Below, in pieces: positions 29,549 to 40,540 of a stretch of 64,000 nt of DNA (position 1 is its first letter; each line of letters starts with the position of its first letter). Below the pieces are notes generated by a model that was not told the origin of the DNA, made no database searches, and saw only the letters and a list, made by a program, of their open reading frames with translations. This DNA comes from Flavobacteriales bacterium (GTDB lineage Bacteria > Bacteroidota > Bacteroidia > Flavobacteriales_F > PHOS-HE28). The DNA lies in contig JAWKNG010000005.1 of assembly GCA_041391845.1 (NCBI GenBank), positions 17,381-81,380 on the forward strand, written 5' to 3'. The position numbers and the translations under genes are program-made.

Positions 29549-30547
29549 TCACGCCAGCCGCTCGCTCAGCAACCGCATCTCCATCATGGGCGCCATCTTC
29601 TCGTAGAGGATGCGGTAGGTGGTCTCGGTGATCGGCATGTCCACGCCGAGCTTGGCGTTGATCTCGTGCACGCACTTCACGGCGTGGTAGCCCTCGGCGA
29701 CCATGTTCATTTCCAACTGAGCGGCGCGTACGCTGTAGCCCTTGCCCACCATGGTGCCGAACTCGCGGTTGCGGCTGAAGGTGGAATAGGCGGTCACGAG
29801 CAGGTCGCCGAGGTAGGCGGGCTCGTTGATGTCTCGGGCAATGGGGTGCACAGCGGTGACGAAGCGCTCGATCTCCTGGATCGCGCGGCTCACGAGCACG
29901 GCGCGGAAGTTGTCGCCATAGCCGAGGCCCACGCTGATACCTGCACACACGGCGATCACGTTCTTCAGGATCGCAGCGTACTCGGTGCCGTAGATGTCAT
30001 CGCTGAGCGTGGTCTTCATGAACCGGCCGTTCAAAGCCTTGCCCATGGCTTCCGCGGCAGCTGCGTTCTGGCTGGCGATGGTAAGGTAGCTGAGGCGTTC
30101 CATGGCCACCTCTTCGGCGTGGCAGGGGCCGCAGATGACGCCGAAGTCACCCTCGGCCACACCCTTGTGCTCAAAGAGGTAGCTGCCTACGATCTGGTTG
30201 GTGGCGGGCACGATGCCCTTCACGGCGCTGAACACGGTCTTCCCTTTCAGTGCTGCTGGCTCCAGCAGGTCCATGGTGGCTTGCACGAAAGCGCTGGGCA
30301 CGGCGATCACCAGCACATCAGCCCCGGCCACCACGGCATGGATGTCACTGTCCATGGACAGCCGGTCCACATCGAACTGAGCCGCGCTGATGTAATCGGG
30401 GTTGTGGCCGTACTTGGCGATGTGGGCGATGGTCTCGGGGCGTCGCACCCACCAGCCCACGCGGGCCGCGTTGGAGGAGAGGAGCTTCACCAGGGCGGTG
30501 CCCCAGCTGCCGGCGCCGATGACCGCGATACGTTGCGATGTGCTCAT
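29549..30547 (-). CDS. gpsA: NAD(P)H-dependent glycerol-3-phosphate dehydrogenase
   Basis: IAVIGAGSWGTALVKLL... and the GpsA-wide alignment pattern; 332 aa. Confidence 0.9.
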   Translation of the reverse strand: MSTSQRIAVIGAGSWGTALVKLLSSNAARVGWWVRRPETIAHIAKYGHNPDYISAAQFDVDRLSMDSDIHAVVAGADVLVIAVPSAFVQATMDLLEPAALKGKTVFSAVKGIVPATNQIVGSYLFEHKGVAEGDFGVICGPCHAEEVAMERLSYLTIASQNAAAAEAMGKALNGRFMKTTLSDDIYGTEYAAILKNVIAVCAGISVGLGYGDNFRAVLVSRAIQEIERFVTAVHPIARDINEPAYLGDLLVTAYSTFSRNREFGTMVGKGYSVRAAQLEMNMVAEGYHAVKCVHEINAKLGVDMPITETTYRILYEKMAPMMEMRLLSERLA

Positions 30548-30647
30548 GCGCGGCGAAGATCGGATATCCATGGCACCCGCCCGCTCACCTCTTGGGCCGG
30601 CGCGACCGGTGCCGGAGCAGGCGTTCGTGCGGTGCTCCGTGCCCTCT

Positions 30648-32318
30648 TTAGAACGTGACCTGCACCACCTCTTCCCGGCCCTCGCGCAGCACCTTCACCG
30701 GCGCGGCATCCCCCTTGTTGAACTGCCCCAGCGCCTTCATGTAACCCATCATGTCGGTCACCGGCACTGCACCGATGGCGATGACCACATCGCCCTTGCG
30801 CAGTCCGGCATTGGCCGCAGGCTTCCCCTCGGTGACCCCATCGATGCGCATGCCCTTCCCATCGTACATGTAGTCGGGTACCACACCCAGCGTCACCTTG
30901 AACCGCGGGGTGTTCTCGGTATTCACCTCCTCGGTCTTGGTGAAGGCCAGCTTGCCATCATCGTTGAGGGTGGTGATCAGTGACTCGATGTAGCGTGTGA
31001 TCCGCAACATTCCGTCGTAATTGATCTTCTCCTCGTCGTCGCTGGGCTTGTGGTAGTCGGCATGGGTGCCGGTGAAGAAGTGGATCGCGGGCACCTCCTG
31101 CAGGTAGAAGCTGGTATGGTCGCTGGGACCGATGCCACTGGCGGTGGTCTTCACCTTGAGATCGCCTACCAGGATGCGGGGTACTTCGGCCCAGGCTGGT
31201 GAGGTGCCCACCCCGTTCACACCAATGGAACCAGTGCTATCGAGCCGCCCCACCATGTCCAGGTTGATCATGTAGTTGAGCTCCGCGATGGGCACGGTGG
31301 GGTGCTTCGTCCAGTAGTTGGAACCGAAGAGCCCCTTCTCCTCACCGCTGAAGGCGATGAAGAGGTAGTCGTTGGCACGCGCTTCATCCATTTCGGCCAG
31401 ATCACGCGCCAGTTGCAGCAATACGGCGATCCCGCTCGCGTTGTCGTCGGCGCCGTTGTGAATGGCGCGCTCGCCGCGGTGGAGGCTGCCCTCATCGCCC
31501 CAGCCCAGGTGGTCCAAGTGTGCGCCGATCACCACCACGTTCGGCTTGCCATTGTCCAATAGCCCCACCACGTTGTAACCGGTGCGTTCTTCGCGTACGA
31601 TGTCGGTGTGGATGGCGCAGGGATTGTTGTCCACCAGCAGCTCGTGCAAGGCCTTGTCCTTCAGGAACACCGAAGGCACCGGCAGGGCGGGCACCTTGGC
31701 GGAGAATTTCAGCGCGGGGTCCTCCGCATTCGGGTCGTCGTTGTAGAACAGGACGCCGATGGCGCCGCGGGCGATGGCTTTCTCGGCACGCGCGACGAGG
31801 TCGTGGTGCGCGAGGAACTTGCTGTGGGGGTGGATCCCATCCGGCGAGCTGATGGCGATGGCAGCGATACGACCGGTGAGTGATGCGTCCCCGTAGTCGT
31901 CGTGGTTGAGCTCGGGTGCGTGGATGCCGTAGCCCACCTTGTAGATCTTGCCCATCGCAGGACCAGCGGCGGAGAAGGGCATCGGGGTGAACTGTTCACC
32001 CATCTTCAGGCGCTTGCGGCCCAGTTGCATGGTGTTGCCGGGTCCAGGCACCGGATCCAACTTGAAGGTGAAGGCCTGTTGGTAGGTGGCATTGTCTCCG
32101 TAAGGCATCAGGCCCACGTTGCCGAACTTGGCCGCGATGTAGTCCACGGCCTTGCGCTCGCCTTCGGTGCCTGTTTCGCGGCCCTCCAGGAGATCGCTGG
32201 CCAGGTACTTCACATCGTACTTCATCTGGTCCTTGGCATCGCTGTCCGACTGTGGCTGGGCGAAGCTGACAAGGTTGGCGCCGAGCGCGGCGAGGAGGAG
32301 GCGTGAACGCATGGTCAT
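30648..32318 (-). CDS. M28-family aminopeptidase with PA domain and C-terminal PDZ domain (secreted)
   Basis: Signal peptide MTMRSRLLLAALGANLVSFAQ. M28 zinc-ligand motifs (GADDNASGIAVLL, FIAFSGEEKGLFGS). C-terminal PDZ (GLRKGDVVIAIGAVPV). Confidence 0.8.
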   Translation of the reverse strand: MTMRSRLLLAALGANLVSFAQPQSDSDAKDQMKYDVKYLASDLLEGRETGTEGERKAVDYIAAKFGNVGLMPYGDNATYQQAFTFKLDPVPGPGNTMQLGRKRLKMGEQFTPMPFSAAGPAMGKIYKVGYGIHAPELNHDDYGDASLTGRIAAIAISSPDGIHPHSKFLAHHDLVARAEKAIARGAIGVLFYNDDPNAEDPALKFSAKVPALPVPSVFLKDKALHELLVDNNPCAIHTDIVREERTGYNVVGLLDNGKPNVVVIGAHLDHLGWGDEGSLHRGERAIHNGADDNASGIAVLLQLARDLAEMDEARANDYLFIAFSGEEKGLFGSNYWTKHPTVPIAELNYMINLDMVGRLDSTGSIGVNGVGTSPAWAEVPRILVGDLKVKTTASGIGPSDHTSFYLQEVPAIHFFTGTHADYHKPSDDEEKINYDGMLRITRYIESLITTLNDDGKLAFTKTEEVNTENTPRFKVTLGVVPDYMYDGKGMRIDGVTEGKPAANAGLRKGDVVIAIGAVPVTDMMGYMKALGQFNKGDAAPVKVLREGREEVVQVTF

Positions 32319-32325
32319 GACGGCG

Positions 32326-32333
32326 CGAAGATA
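32326..32333 (-). promoter_or_regulatory. Putative -7 box (TATCTTCG) 7 nt upstream of the M28 peptidase ATG, so a possibly leaderless transcript
   Basis: On the minus strand the sequence is ...TCCGGTATCTTCGCGCCGTCATG. The same 15-mer, TCCGGTATCTTCGCG, occurs upstream of lysS. Confidence 0.35.
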
Positions 32334-32396
32334 CCGGAGCCCCCTACCTTCGAGGGCGTTGCGTAGATCGGAATGACGCTTGCGTGACCGCTGCAC

Positions 32397-32618
32397 ATGA
32401 AGGACCTCTTCGTTGGACTGGCCGGGCTGCTGTCGCTGCTCTATCTGCTGAACCCTACGCTCGGGGTGTTCGAGTTCATCCCGGACAACATTCCCTTGGT
32501 GGGCAACCTGGATGAAGCCACCGCCAGCGCTGTACTGCTTTCCGCCCTGCGCTACTTCGGATGGGACATCACCACACTCTTCCGCCGCAGGAACGACCAA
32601 CTTCCCCCCACCCCCTGA
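32397..32618 (+). CDS. DUF1232 (YkvA-like) small membrane protein
   Basis: The IPDNIPLVGNLDE motif is characteristic of DUF1232; 73 aa. Confidence 0.6.
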   Translation: MKDLFVGLAGLLSLLYLLNPTLGVFEFIPDNIPLVGNLDEATASAVLLSALRYFGWDITTLFRRRNDQLPPTP

Positions 32619-34480
32619 TGCACCTGCTCCCGGTCTGCTCCCTGCTGTTGTTCGTAGCCTGTGGCCACGAAGCACCACACCCCTCGCCCGCCCCCAACCG
32701 ATGGCATGATGAACGGCTGTGGCCGGTGTTGATGGCCCAGGAACACCGCGATACCGAGGCCTTGTGCGCCCTGCTGAAGGACACTGCGGCCACCGTTCGC
32801 GCTGCTGCTGCCCTGGCGTTCGCGAGTTTGCAGGATACGCTCAGCATTCCCTGCCTGACCGCCGCCTTGACGGATGCGGACACCGACGTCAGGCGCCATG
32901 CCGTGTTCGCGTTGGCCCTCGTGGCGGATAGTTCCACGGTACTGCAGCTGGCCGAGCGGTCGCTGGTGGAGAAGGACAGTGCCGTGCAGGCCGCCTATTT
33001 CAGTGCGTCCTTCCTGGCGCTGCAACGCAACGGTCTACTGAAGGACCTGCCCACGGTGGTCCACTACATGGAGCGCAGTGCAGGCCACGACCGCGTGCGT
33101 GCGGCGGATGCGGCACACAGGCTGCGTTGGGACGCACTGGTCGCGGACAGCACCTTGCTGTTCACGGCGTTGGACCGGGAGCCTGACCCGGAGGTGCGCG
33201 CGATGTTGCTGCGGGCCTTGGTCAAGGTGAAGGGCACGACCGCTGAACGGATGTTGCGCAATGCGGTGCGCCCGGGTGGGACGTCCGTGGAACGCATCGC
33301 CGCGCTGCGATCGCTGGGGCAAACCTCGGTGGGCCTGCCCAACGATACGCTCCTGGCGTGGAGCAACGACTCCGATCCAGCGTTCCGTGCAGCAGTGCAT
33401 GGATCGTTGGCCGAACGGAACCCCACCTCGCCACAGGAAGCGTTGCGCTGGCTCGAGGTACTTGCCGGACAAGTGCTCGCGCCCGCGGTACGTTCAGGAG
33501 ACCGAAAGGCGGTGAAAGCGTTGGTGGACTCCTTGTGCAAGGTGCGCTACACTGATCCATATCTGGAGGCCGTACGCATTCGAGGCCTTTCTGGTTTGGA
33601 GGAGGGGCTGGGCGAAGCGGTGCTGGAGGGCATCCTGTTCAGCGAGCGACCCGCAGTGGAGCGACAGGCGGCCTTCAGTGTGCTTGCGCAGCGAACGTCC
33701 GTGCGCATGATGATGCCCCGGGCCATTTCGTTCGACATGCAAATGCGCGAGGCCGCACCGTTCTGGCACCGTGTGTTCGCATGCAACGATGCGGGGCTCA
33801 TCTGTGCGGCCGCGGAGCAATTGGCTTTCGCTCCGCCCGATCAGCTCACGGTCCTGTTCCCCCCTGAAGTACAGCAGCTGGCCGCGGCTTCACTGCATCC
33901 CGTTCGTGACCTCGAGGCGGTCCAGCTCATCGAGGGTCTGGCTGCGAAGCGCGATGGACGTGCCACCCCCATGCACAGTTCACCTCCCTTCAACCACCCC
34001 ATCGATCCCACCAAGCTGCGCGCCCTGAAGCAGGGCCAGCGCTACCGCATCACCACCGGCAAAGGCACCATCATCCTGGCCACCGATGTCAATGATTGCC
34101 CCGGCAGCAGCCTCGCCTTCGACTCCTTGGTCACCGCAGGGTACTACAACGGCAAGGCCTTCCATCGCATGGTGCCCAACTTCGTGGTGCAGGGCGGATG
34201 CCCCCGTGGCGATGGCTACGGTGGCATGCCGTGGACGCTGCGGACGGAGATCGGACGCAAGTTCTTCACGGCGGGATCGGTGGGTCTGGCTTCAGCTGGA
34301 CGGGATACCGAGAGCTGCCAGTTCTTCATCACGCATGTGGCCACACCACACCTGGATGGACGCTACACCCGCTTCGGTGAAGTGGTGGAGGGCATGGCGG
34401 TGGTCATGCAGCTGGCGGTGGGTGATGTGATGGAGCGCGTGGAGCGGATCGGTCCATCACCACTTGCGACCTCGCCCTAG
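32618..34480 (+). CDS. Lipoprotein fusing HEAT/armadillo-like repeats to a C-terminal cyclophilin-type peptidyl-prolyl isomerase
   Basis: Lipobox LLLFVACG. Repetitive alpha-helical HEAT-like region (PAVR, VRRHAVFALA). The C-terminal cyclophilin core reads FHRMVPNFVVQGGCPRGDGYGG...SAGRDTESCQFFIT. Confidence 0.75.
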   Translation: MHLLPVCSLLLFVACGHEAPHPSPAPNRWHDERLWPVLMAQEHRDTEALCALLKDTAATVRAAAALAFASLQDTLSIPCLTAALTDADTDVRRHAVFALALVADSSTVLQLAERSLVEKDSAVQAAYFSASFLALQRNGLLKDLPTVVHYMERSAGHDRVRAADAAHRLRWDALVADSTLLFTALDREPDPEVRAMLLRALVKVKGTTAERMLRNAVRPGGTSVERIAALRSLGQTSVGLPNDTLLAWSNDSDPAFRAAVHGSLAERNPTSPQEALRWLEVLAGQVLAPAVRSGDRKAVKALVDSLCKVRYTDPYLEAVRIRGLSGLEEGLGEAVLEGILFSERPAVERQAAFSVLAQRTSVRMMMPRAISFDMQMREAAPFWHRVFACNDAGLICAAAEQLAFAPPDQLTVLFPPEVQQLAAASLHPVRDLEAVQLIEGLAAKRDGRATPMHSSPPFNHPIDPTKLRALKQGQRYRITTGKGTIILATDVNDCPGSSLAFDSLVTAGYYNGKAFHRMVPNFVVQGGCPRGDGYGGMPWTLRTEIGRKFFTAGSVGLASAGRDTESCQFFITHVATPHLDGRYTRFGEVVEGMAVVMQLAVGDVMERVERIGPSPLATSP

Positions 34481-35116
34481 GCGGTAAGCAATGCCAGCAC
34501 GCACCTGGCTGTCCACCACGATCATGCCCACACCGCGGCCCCAATTGCCGATGCCGGGAGCGACGTGCGACCCCACCATCGCCCAAAGACGGCCCTGAAG
34601 GGGCAATTCCGCGCTGACCCCGATGCGCCAATGCCCATCCGTGATGGTACGCGCGGTCTCCACCCCGGCATCCGGTATCTGTACGCGGTAAACGTTCCAG
34701 CCATCGCGATCCCAGTCAAGCAGGTGGCCGTTCCGCACTTCGCGGAGCTCCATGCCAATGACGGGCCCCAGCTCGAAGAAGATCCTGTGTTTGTGGCTCA
34801 AGGCCCAGCGCATCTCGAACGAGATCCACGCCATGGTGGAACGCATGTCGTACTGCGCCCTGATCACCTCGTTGTCACCGCTCAACCGATACCTGCGCTC
34901 GCCCACTTCCATCCCGATGCGGAAGCCACTGCGACCCCGGCGTCCTTCCAGCAGGTGCACCCCTGCGCTCCAGCCATCGGTGTTGCTGATCTGTGCGTTC
35001 GCTTTGGGATCCACGCCTTGGAAGAAGAGCGGACCGCCCTGCACACCGAGCACCCACTGCGCTCGGGCACCACTGCCCCACCAGAGAAGCACGATCGTCA
35101 GCCAGGTACGCATCAT
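34457..35116 (-). CDS. Putative outer-membrane beta-barrel protein (OmpA-N/porin-like)
   Basis: Signal peptide MMRTWLTIVLLWWGSGARAQ, then alternating amphipathic beta-strands and a C-terminal aromatic residue (RGRKW). Confidence 0.5.
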   Translation of the reverse strand: MMRTWLTIVLLWWGSGARAQWVLGVQGGPLFFQGVDPKANAQISNTDGWSAGVHLLEGRRGRSGFRIGMEVGERRYRLSGDNEVIRAQYDMRSTMAWISFEMRWALSHKHRIFFELGPVIGMELREVRNGHLLDWDRDGWNVYRVQIPDAGVETARTITDGHWRIGVSAELPLQGRLWAMVGSHVAPGIGNWGRGVGMIVVDSQVRAGIAYRLGRGRKW

Positions 35117-35186
35117 GGTCCGGTCAGCATTGGACGGCGTTCCACCTATTGACGTTGTGTACTGGCCGATCCGTTGCTTTGCGGCC

Positions 35187-35711
35187 ATGATGCTGCCCAT
35201 TCCAAGCATGCATGGCGTGGTCACCGAGCGCCTGTTTTTCCGCCACACGAGCATGGACGATGTGTCGTGGTGGATGGCGTACATCAACAGTGCCAAGGCC
35301 ATCCGCTTCATGGCGCTTACCGTTGGCAGTGAAGCAAGCTGTCGCGAATTCATCCAGCGCAGTATGGACCGGCGCGCAGCCGATGGTTCCGGCCTTAATG
35401 CGATCATCGATCGGGCAAGCGGACTTCCCGTGGGCATGATCGGTCTATTGACCCAGGTGGTGGATGAAATGGACGAGTTGGAGATCGGCTATCACCTACT
35501 GCCTTCCGCCTGGGGGCGTGGCTTCGCTACGGAAGCTGCGATAGCTTGCAAGGAATTCGCACGTGAACACCGCTGTGCGCCCTCCGTCATCTCGCTGATC
35601 GACCACCAGAATTTCGCCAGCCAGGCCGTGGCCCGGCGCAATGGCATGCACTACGAGAAGGACACCGTACACCGCGGTGTGCCGGCGATGGTGTGGCGTG
35701 TGGCGCTTTGA
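35187..35711 (+). CDS. GNAT-family N-acetyltransferase (RimJ/RimL-like)
   Basis: GNAT motif A region GYHLLPSAWGRGFATEAAIACKEFA. Confidence 0.7.
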   Translation: MMLPIPSMHGVVTERLFFRHTSMDDVSWWMAYINSAKAIRFMALTVGSEASCREFIQRSMDRRAADGSGLNAIIDRASGLPVGMIGLLTQVVDEMDELEIGYHLLPSAWGRGFATEAAIACKEFAREHRCAPSVISLIDHQNFASQAVARRNGMHYEKDTVHRGVPAMVWRVAL

Positions 35712-35764
35712 ATGTCGCGCAGGCTTCCGATCTGCGGCCGGGCGAAGGCCAGGATGCCGTGCGA

Positions 35765-37303
35765 CTAGTCGAACTTCTCCGGCCGCATCTGCGGGAACAG
35801 CAGCACCTCCTGGATCGCCGGGTTGTCGGTGAGCAGCATCACCAGGCGGTCCATGCCGATGCCGATGCCGCTGGTGGGCGGCATGCCGAACTCCAGTGCC
35901 CGTAGGAAGTCCTGGTCGATGTACATGGCCTCATCGTCGCCGCGCTGCTGTAGCTTCAGCTGGTCCTCGAAGCGCTCACGTTGGTCGATGGGGTCGTTGA
36001 GCTCGCTGTAGGCGTTGGCCACCTCGAAACCGGCCACGAAGAGCTCGAAGCGCTCGGTGAGGCGCGGGTCCTCGCGATGCTTCTTGCACAGCGGGCTCAT
36101 CTCCACCGGGAAATCAGTGACGAAGGTGGGCTGGATGAGCTCGGGCTGCACCAGCGCGCTGAACAGCTCATCAATGAGCTTGCCCTTGCCCATGCTGGGC
36201 GCCACCTCGATGCCATGCTTCATGCACAGTGCACGGATATCATCCTCTTCCATGTCCAGCACGTTGGCGCCGATCTTCTCCTCAATGCTGCCCACCATGG
36301 TGATGCGCTTGAAGGGTCCGCTGAAGTCGATCTCCTTGCCTTGGAACTGCGCGGTGGGCGATCCGTTCGCCGCGGTGGCCACCTTCTTGAACACGCCCTC
36401 GATGAAGTCCATCATCCAGCGGTAGTCCTTGTAGGCCACGTAGAGCTCCATCACCGTGAACTCCGGGTTGTGGGTGCGGTCCATGCCCTCGTTCCGGAAG
36501 TTGCGGCTGAACTCGAACACACCGTCGAAGCCGCCCACGATTAGGCGCTTGAGGTAGAGCTCGTTGGCGATGCGCAGGAAGAAGGGCACATCGAGCGCGT
36601 TGTGGTGCGTGACGAACGGACGGGCCGCCGCGCCGCCGGGGATGGCCTGCAGCACAGGCGTGTCCACCTCGATGTAGCCGGCCTGCTGGAAGGCGGCGCG
36701 CATGGCGTCGAACACGCGGGCGCGCTTCAGGAAGGTCTCCTTCACCTGCGGGTTCACGATCAGGTCCACGTAGCGCATGCGGTAGCGCAGTTCGGGGTCG
36801 GTGAAGGCGTCGTGCACATGGCCCTGGTCGTCGGTCTTCACCACGGGCAGGGGGCGCAGGCTCTTGGCCAGCACGGTCAGCTCCTTCACGTGCAGCGTCA
36901 GTTCGCCGGTCTGTGTGCGGAACATGAAGCCCTTCACCCCGATGAGATCGCCCAGGTGCAGCAGCTTCTTGAACACCTCGTTGTACAGCGTCTTGTCCTC
37001 GCCGGGGCAGATCTCGTCCCGATTGATGTAGATCTGTTGGTCTCCGGTGGAGTCGCGCAGCACGGCGAAGCTGGCCTTGCCCATCACGCGCACGCTCATC
37101 AGGCGCCCGGCCAGCAGCACGCTGGCTTCGGGCTGTCGTCCCTCCCCGGCATGGCCCACCTCGTTGAACTGTTCCTTCACCTGGGCGGCGCTGTGGGAAA
37201 CGGGGAAGCTGGCGGCAGGAAAGGGCTCGATACCCAGGGCGCGCAACTTGGCGAGGGCTTCGCGACGCACGAGCTCCTGTTCGGAAAGTACGGGGGTGGA
37301 CAT
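35765..37303 (-). CDS. lysS: Lysine--tRNA ligase (class II)
   Basis: OB-fold anticodon-binding N-terminus and class II motifs (FRNEG, GGAAARPF, GIGIGMDRLVMLL); 512 aa. Confidence 0.95.
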   Translation of the reverse strand: MSTPVLSEQELVRREALAKLRALGIEPFPAASFPVSHSAAQVKEQFNEVGHAGEGRQPEASVLLAGRLMSVRVMGKASFAVLRDSTGDQQIYINRDEICPGEDKTLYNEVFKKLLHLGDLIGVKGFMFRTQTGELTLHVKELTVLAKSLRPLPVVKTDDQGHVHDAFTDPELRYRMRYVDLIVNPQVKETFLKRARVFDAMRAAFQQAGYIEVDTPVLQAIPGGAAARPFVTHHNALDVPFFLRIANELYLKRLIVGGFDGVFEFSRNFRNEGMDRTHNPEFTVMELYVAYKDYRWMMDFIEGVFKKVATAANGSPTAQFQGKEIDFSGPFKRITMVGSIEEKIGANVLDMEEDDIRALCMKHGIEVAPSMGKGKLIDELFSALVQPELIQPTFVTDFPVEMSPLCKKHREDPRLTERFELFVAGFEVANAYSELNDPIDQRERFEDQLKLQQRGDDEAMYIDQDFLRALEFGMPPTSGIGIGMDRLVMLLTDNPAIQEVLLFPQMRPEKFD

Positions 37304-37322
37304 GGGGTCTACGAATGGCCCG

Positions 37323-37330
37323 CGAAGATA
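37323..37330 (-). promoter_or_regulatory. Putative -7 box (TATCTTCG) 19 nt upstream of lysS
   Basis: Same TCCGGTATCTTCGCG 15-mer as upstream of the M28 peptidase gene. Confidence 0.35.
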
Positions 37331-37352
37331 CCGGACCCTGCGGGTCAGTACC

Positions 37353-38603
37353 TCACCGTGGTGAAGCCGCAGGGACCGGGGGTGCGGCTGATGCCGGCCC
37401 AAGGAACGCGCTCCACAGCATCGCCATGAGCAGGGTCAGGCTGAGCACCTTGTAGTGGTCGAAGACCCAGCCGTACTCTCCGAGCAGCAGATGCGCATTG
37501 AAGCCAAGGAGGACGAAAAGCGCAGCGATCATGGCGGGGCGTGTGGGTCGGCCATGAGCGATCAGGCTGGCGCAGAGATGGAACAACAGCGGCAAGGCGA
37601 ACAATACGGAGTAGTTCTGCTGGTGGGGAAAGATGAGCGGAACGCAGGCCAGCAGATAGCCCACCTCCCAGGCCCGATGGGCTTCGGAAGGGGCTGGTCG
37701 GAAGGGTGGGGTGCGCAGGAACCACAGCATGGACAAGACCAGGATCAGGCGCGCGGCCAGCAGCGGGAGGGACAAGGCTGCCGGTTCCAACGAAAGCACG
37801 CGCCGTGCCAGCGGAACGCCGTGGTCGTTCACAGTGCTATCGCCGAAGTACGCGGAAACCACGCTCCCCAGGGATACGAAATCCGGCTCCTCATCATCCA
37901 ATTGATGCTGTTGTTGCGCGGGATCGAGCAGGGCCCAGCGTGTGCGGAGCAGCTCCTGTTGAAGGGTGCTCCCGATGAAGGGGATGGGAAGCGCCCCCAT
38001 CAACACGAGAAAGAGCGGCACGCGCAGGAGGGTGCGCCATTCGGAACGATAGGCCAGATAGGGCACCATCACCAGGGGCAGCAGCTTCAGATCGATCCCG
38101 GCAGCGAGCAGCAAGGCGGCGAACGTGGCTCGGCCACGCAGCGCCTGATGCAACACCTCCATGCAGCACCAGCAGAGCAGGATGGTGGACTGCGCCGCAT
38201 TGAGGTTGTCGCGCACCGCTTGGAGGGACAGGAGCGCCACAGCAGCATGCACCCACGACCGGTGTCGGAGCGGCAGCAGGGCCACGCCGGTCCATCGCTC
38301 CAGGAGGACGTGCATCCGAACCAGCAGGGCCAGCTGTAGGAGCCCCCACAGCAACTGCATGGTCCAGAGCGGGAAGGCGTTGAACGCACCGAGCAGCAGC
38401 GCGAAGGGGACCCCGTAGTAATACGCGTAACCATCCCGATAGCGTTCCAGGAAGATGTTCCTCCCTTCCAGCAGCGCGGATGCGGCATCCCTGAAAATGT
38501 GCATGTCGTTCAGGTTCCCGAGCGACAGCAGGAGCGTGACCAGCTGGAAGAGCGCCACGACCACCAGCAGCAGCAACGGCACACGAGCTTCGCGGATGTT
38601 CAT
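37353..38603 (-). CDS. Polytopic membrane protein, DUF2029/GT87-like (GT-C fold glycosyltransferase candidate)
   Basis: At least 10 predicted TM segments. An N-terminal loop with DMHIFRDAA...YAYYYG resembles the GT87/DUF2029 family. Confidence 0.55.
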   Translation of the reverse strand: MNIREARVPLLLLVVVALFQLVTLLLSLGNLNDMHIFRDAASALLEGRNIFLERYRDGYAYYYGVPFALLLGAFNAFPLWTMQLLWGLLQLALLVRMHVLLERWTGVALLPLRHRSWVHAAVALLSLQAVRDNLNAAQSTILLCWCCMEVLHQALRGRATFAALLLAAGIDLKLLPLVMVPYLAYRSEWRTLLRVPLFLVLMGALPIPFIGSTLQQELLRTRWALLDPAQQQHQLDDEEPDFVSLGSVVSAYFGDSTVNDHGVPLARRVLSLEPAALSLPLLAARLILVLSMLWFLRTPPFRPAPSEAHRAWEVGYLLACVPLIFPHQQNYSVLFALPLLFHLCASLIAHGRPTRPAMIAALFVLLGFNAHLLLGEYGWVFDHYKVLSLTLLMAMLWSAFLGPASAAPPVPAASPR

Positions 38604-38689
38604 GGTCGGTCCTGTACAAATAAAGCAACCCGGCGGCAGGCGGCACCGTTACAGCGGTCTAATTTCGCCACACATCCAGCAGCAAACGC

Positions 38690-39676
38690 ATGTACAGCCT
38701 CATCGACGCCTTCCCGCAACAACTTGAAGAAGCCCTGGAGATCGGTCGCAAGGCCACGCTCAACGCACCCGGCGGCCCCTACCGCAACGTGGTGGTCACC
38801 GGCCTGGGCGGCAGCGGCATCGGCGGGCGCATCGCCGCACAACTGATGCATCGCGAGGCCACCTGCCCCATCGAGGTCTACAACAACTACTACCTGCCGG
38901 GCTACGTGGGAAAGGAAAGCCTGGTGATCGCCTGTAGCTACAGCGGCAACACCGAAGAGACGCTGGCCGCCATGGAAGAAGCGCTTGCCAAGGGCGCTCG
39001 TGTGGCCGTGATCACCAGCGGAGGTACCATGCTCGCCATCGCCAAGGAGCGCGGCCTGGACCACATCGTGATCCCCGGTGGCAACCCGCCGCGCACCATG
39101 CTGGCCTATTCCCTGGTACAGCAGTTCTTCCTGCTGAAGCATTTCGGCATCATCGCCACCGAATTCCAAGCCCCCATCGCCGCTGCGGCCGCCATGCTGA
39201 AGCGCGACAAGGCCGCCATCCAGGCCAGCGCCAAAGACCTCACCGAGAAGCTGCACGGCAAGCGCCTGGTGATCTACAGCGAAGCCAGCACCGAAGCCGT
39301 GAGCATCCGCTTCCGCCAGCAGGTGAACGAGAACAGCAAGGAGCTTTGCTGGCACCACGCCATCCCAGAGATGAACCACAACGAGCTGGTGGGCTGGGCC
39401 GGCGGTAGCCAGGATGTGGCCGTGGTGATCTTCCGGCACAAGGAGGACCACGAGCGCAGCCAGATCCGCATGGAGATCAACAAGGAGGTGTTCCGCAAAT
39501 ACACTCCGCACATCCATGATGTCTGGAGCATCGGCGACAGCGCCTTCGCGCGCCAGTTGTACCTGATCAATCTGGGCGACTGGGTGAGCTACTTCTGGGC
39601 CGAGAAGAAGGGCGTGGATCCCACGGAGATCGCCGTGATCAACATGCTCAAAGGCAAGCTGGCGGAGGTGAAGTAG
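38690..39676 (+). CDS. Bifunctional phosphoglucose/phosphomannose isomerase (SIS domain)
   Basis: SIS motif VVVTGLGGSGIGGRI and IACSYSGNTEETL. 328 aa, the typical length of PGI/PMI family members. Confidence 0.8.
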   Translation: MYSLIDAFPQQLEEALEIGRKATLNAPGGPYRNVVVTGLGGSGIGGRIAAQLMHREATCPIEVYNNYYLPGYVGKESLVIACSYSGNTEETLAAMEEALAKGARVAVITSGGTMLAIAKERGLDHIVIPGGNPPRTMLAYSLVQQFFLLKHFGIIATEFQAPIAAAAAMLKRDKAAIQASAKDLTEKLHGKRLVIYSEASTEAVSIRFRQQVNENSKELCWHHAIPEMNHNELVGWAGGSQDVAVVIFRHKEDHERSQIRMEINKEVFRKYTPHIHDVWSIGDSAFARQLYLINLGDWVSYFWAEKKGVDPTEIAVINMLKGKLAEVK

Positions 39677-39729
39677 CGCCTGCGGCCTGCGGGTCGCAGG
39701 TACCATGCCACTGCACTCGGGTTGCCAAC

Positions 39730-40509
<780 letters not shown>

Positions 40510-40540
40510 AGGCCTGTACCTTCGGCACGACCGCTCCCTC

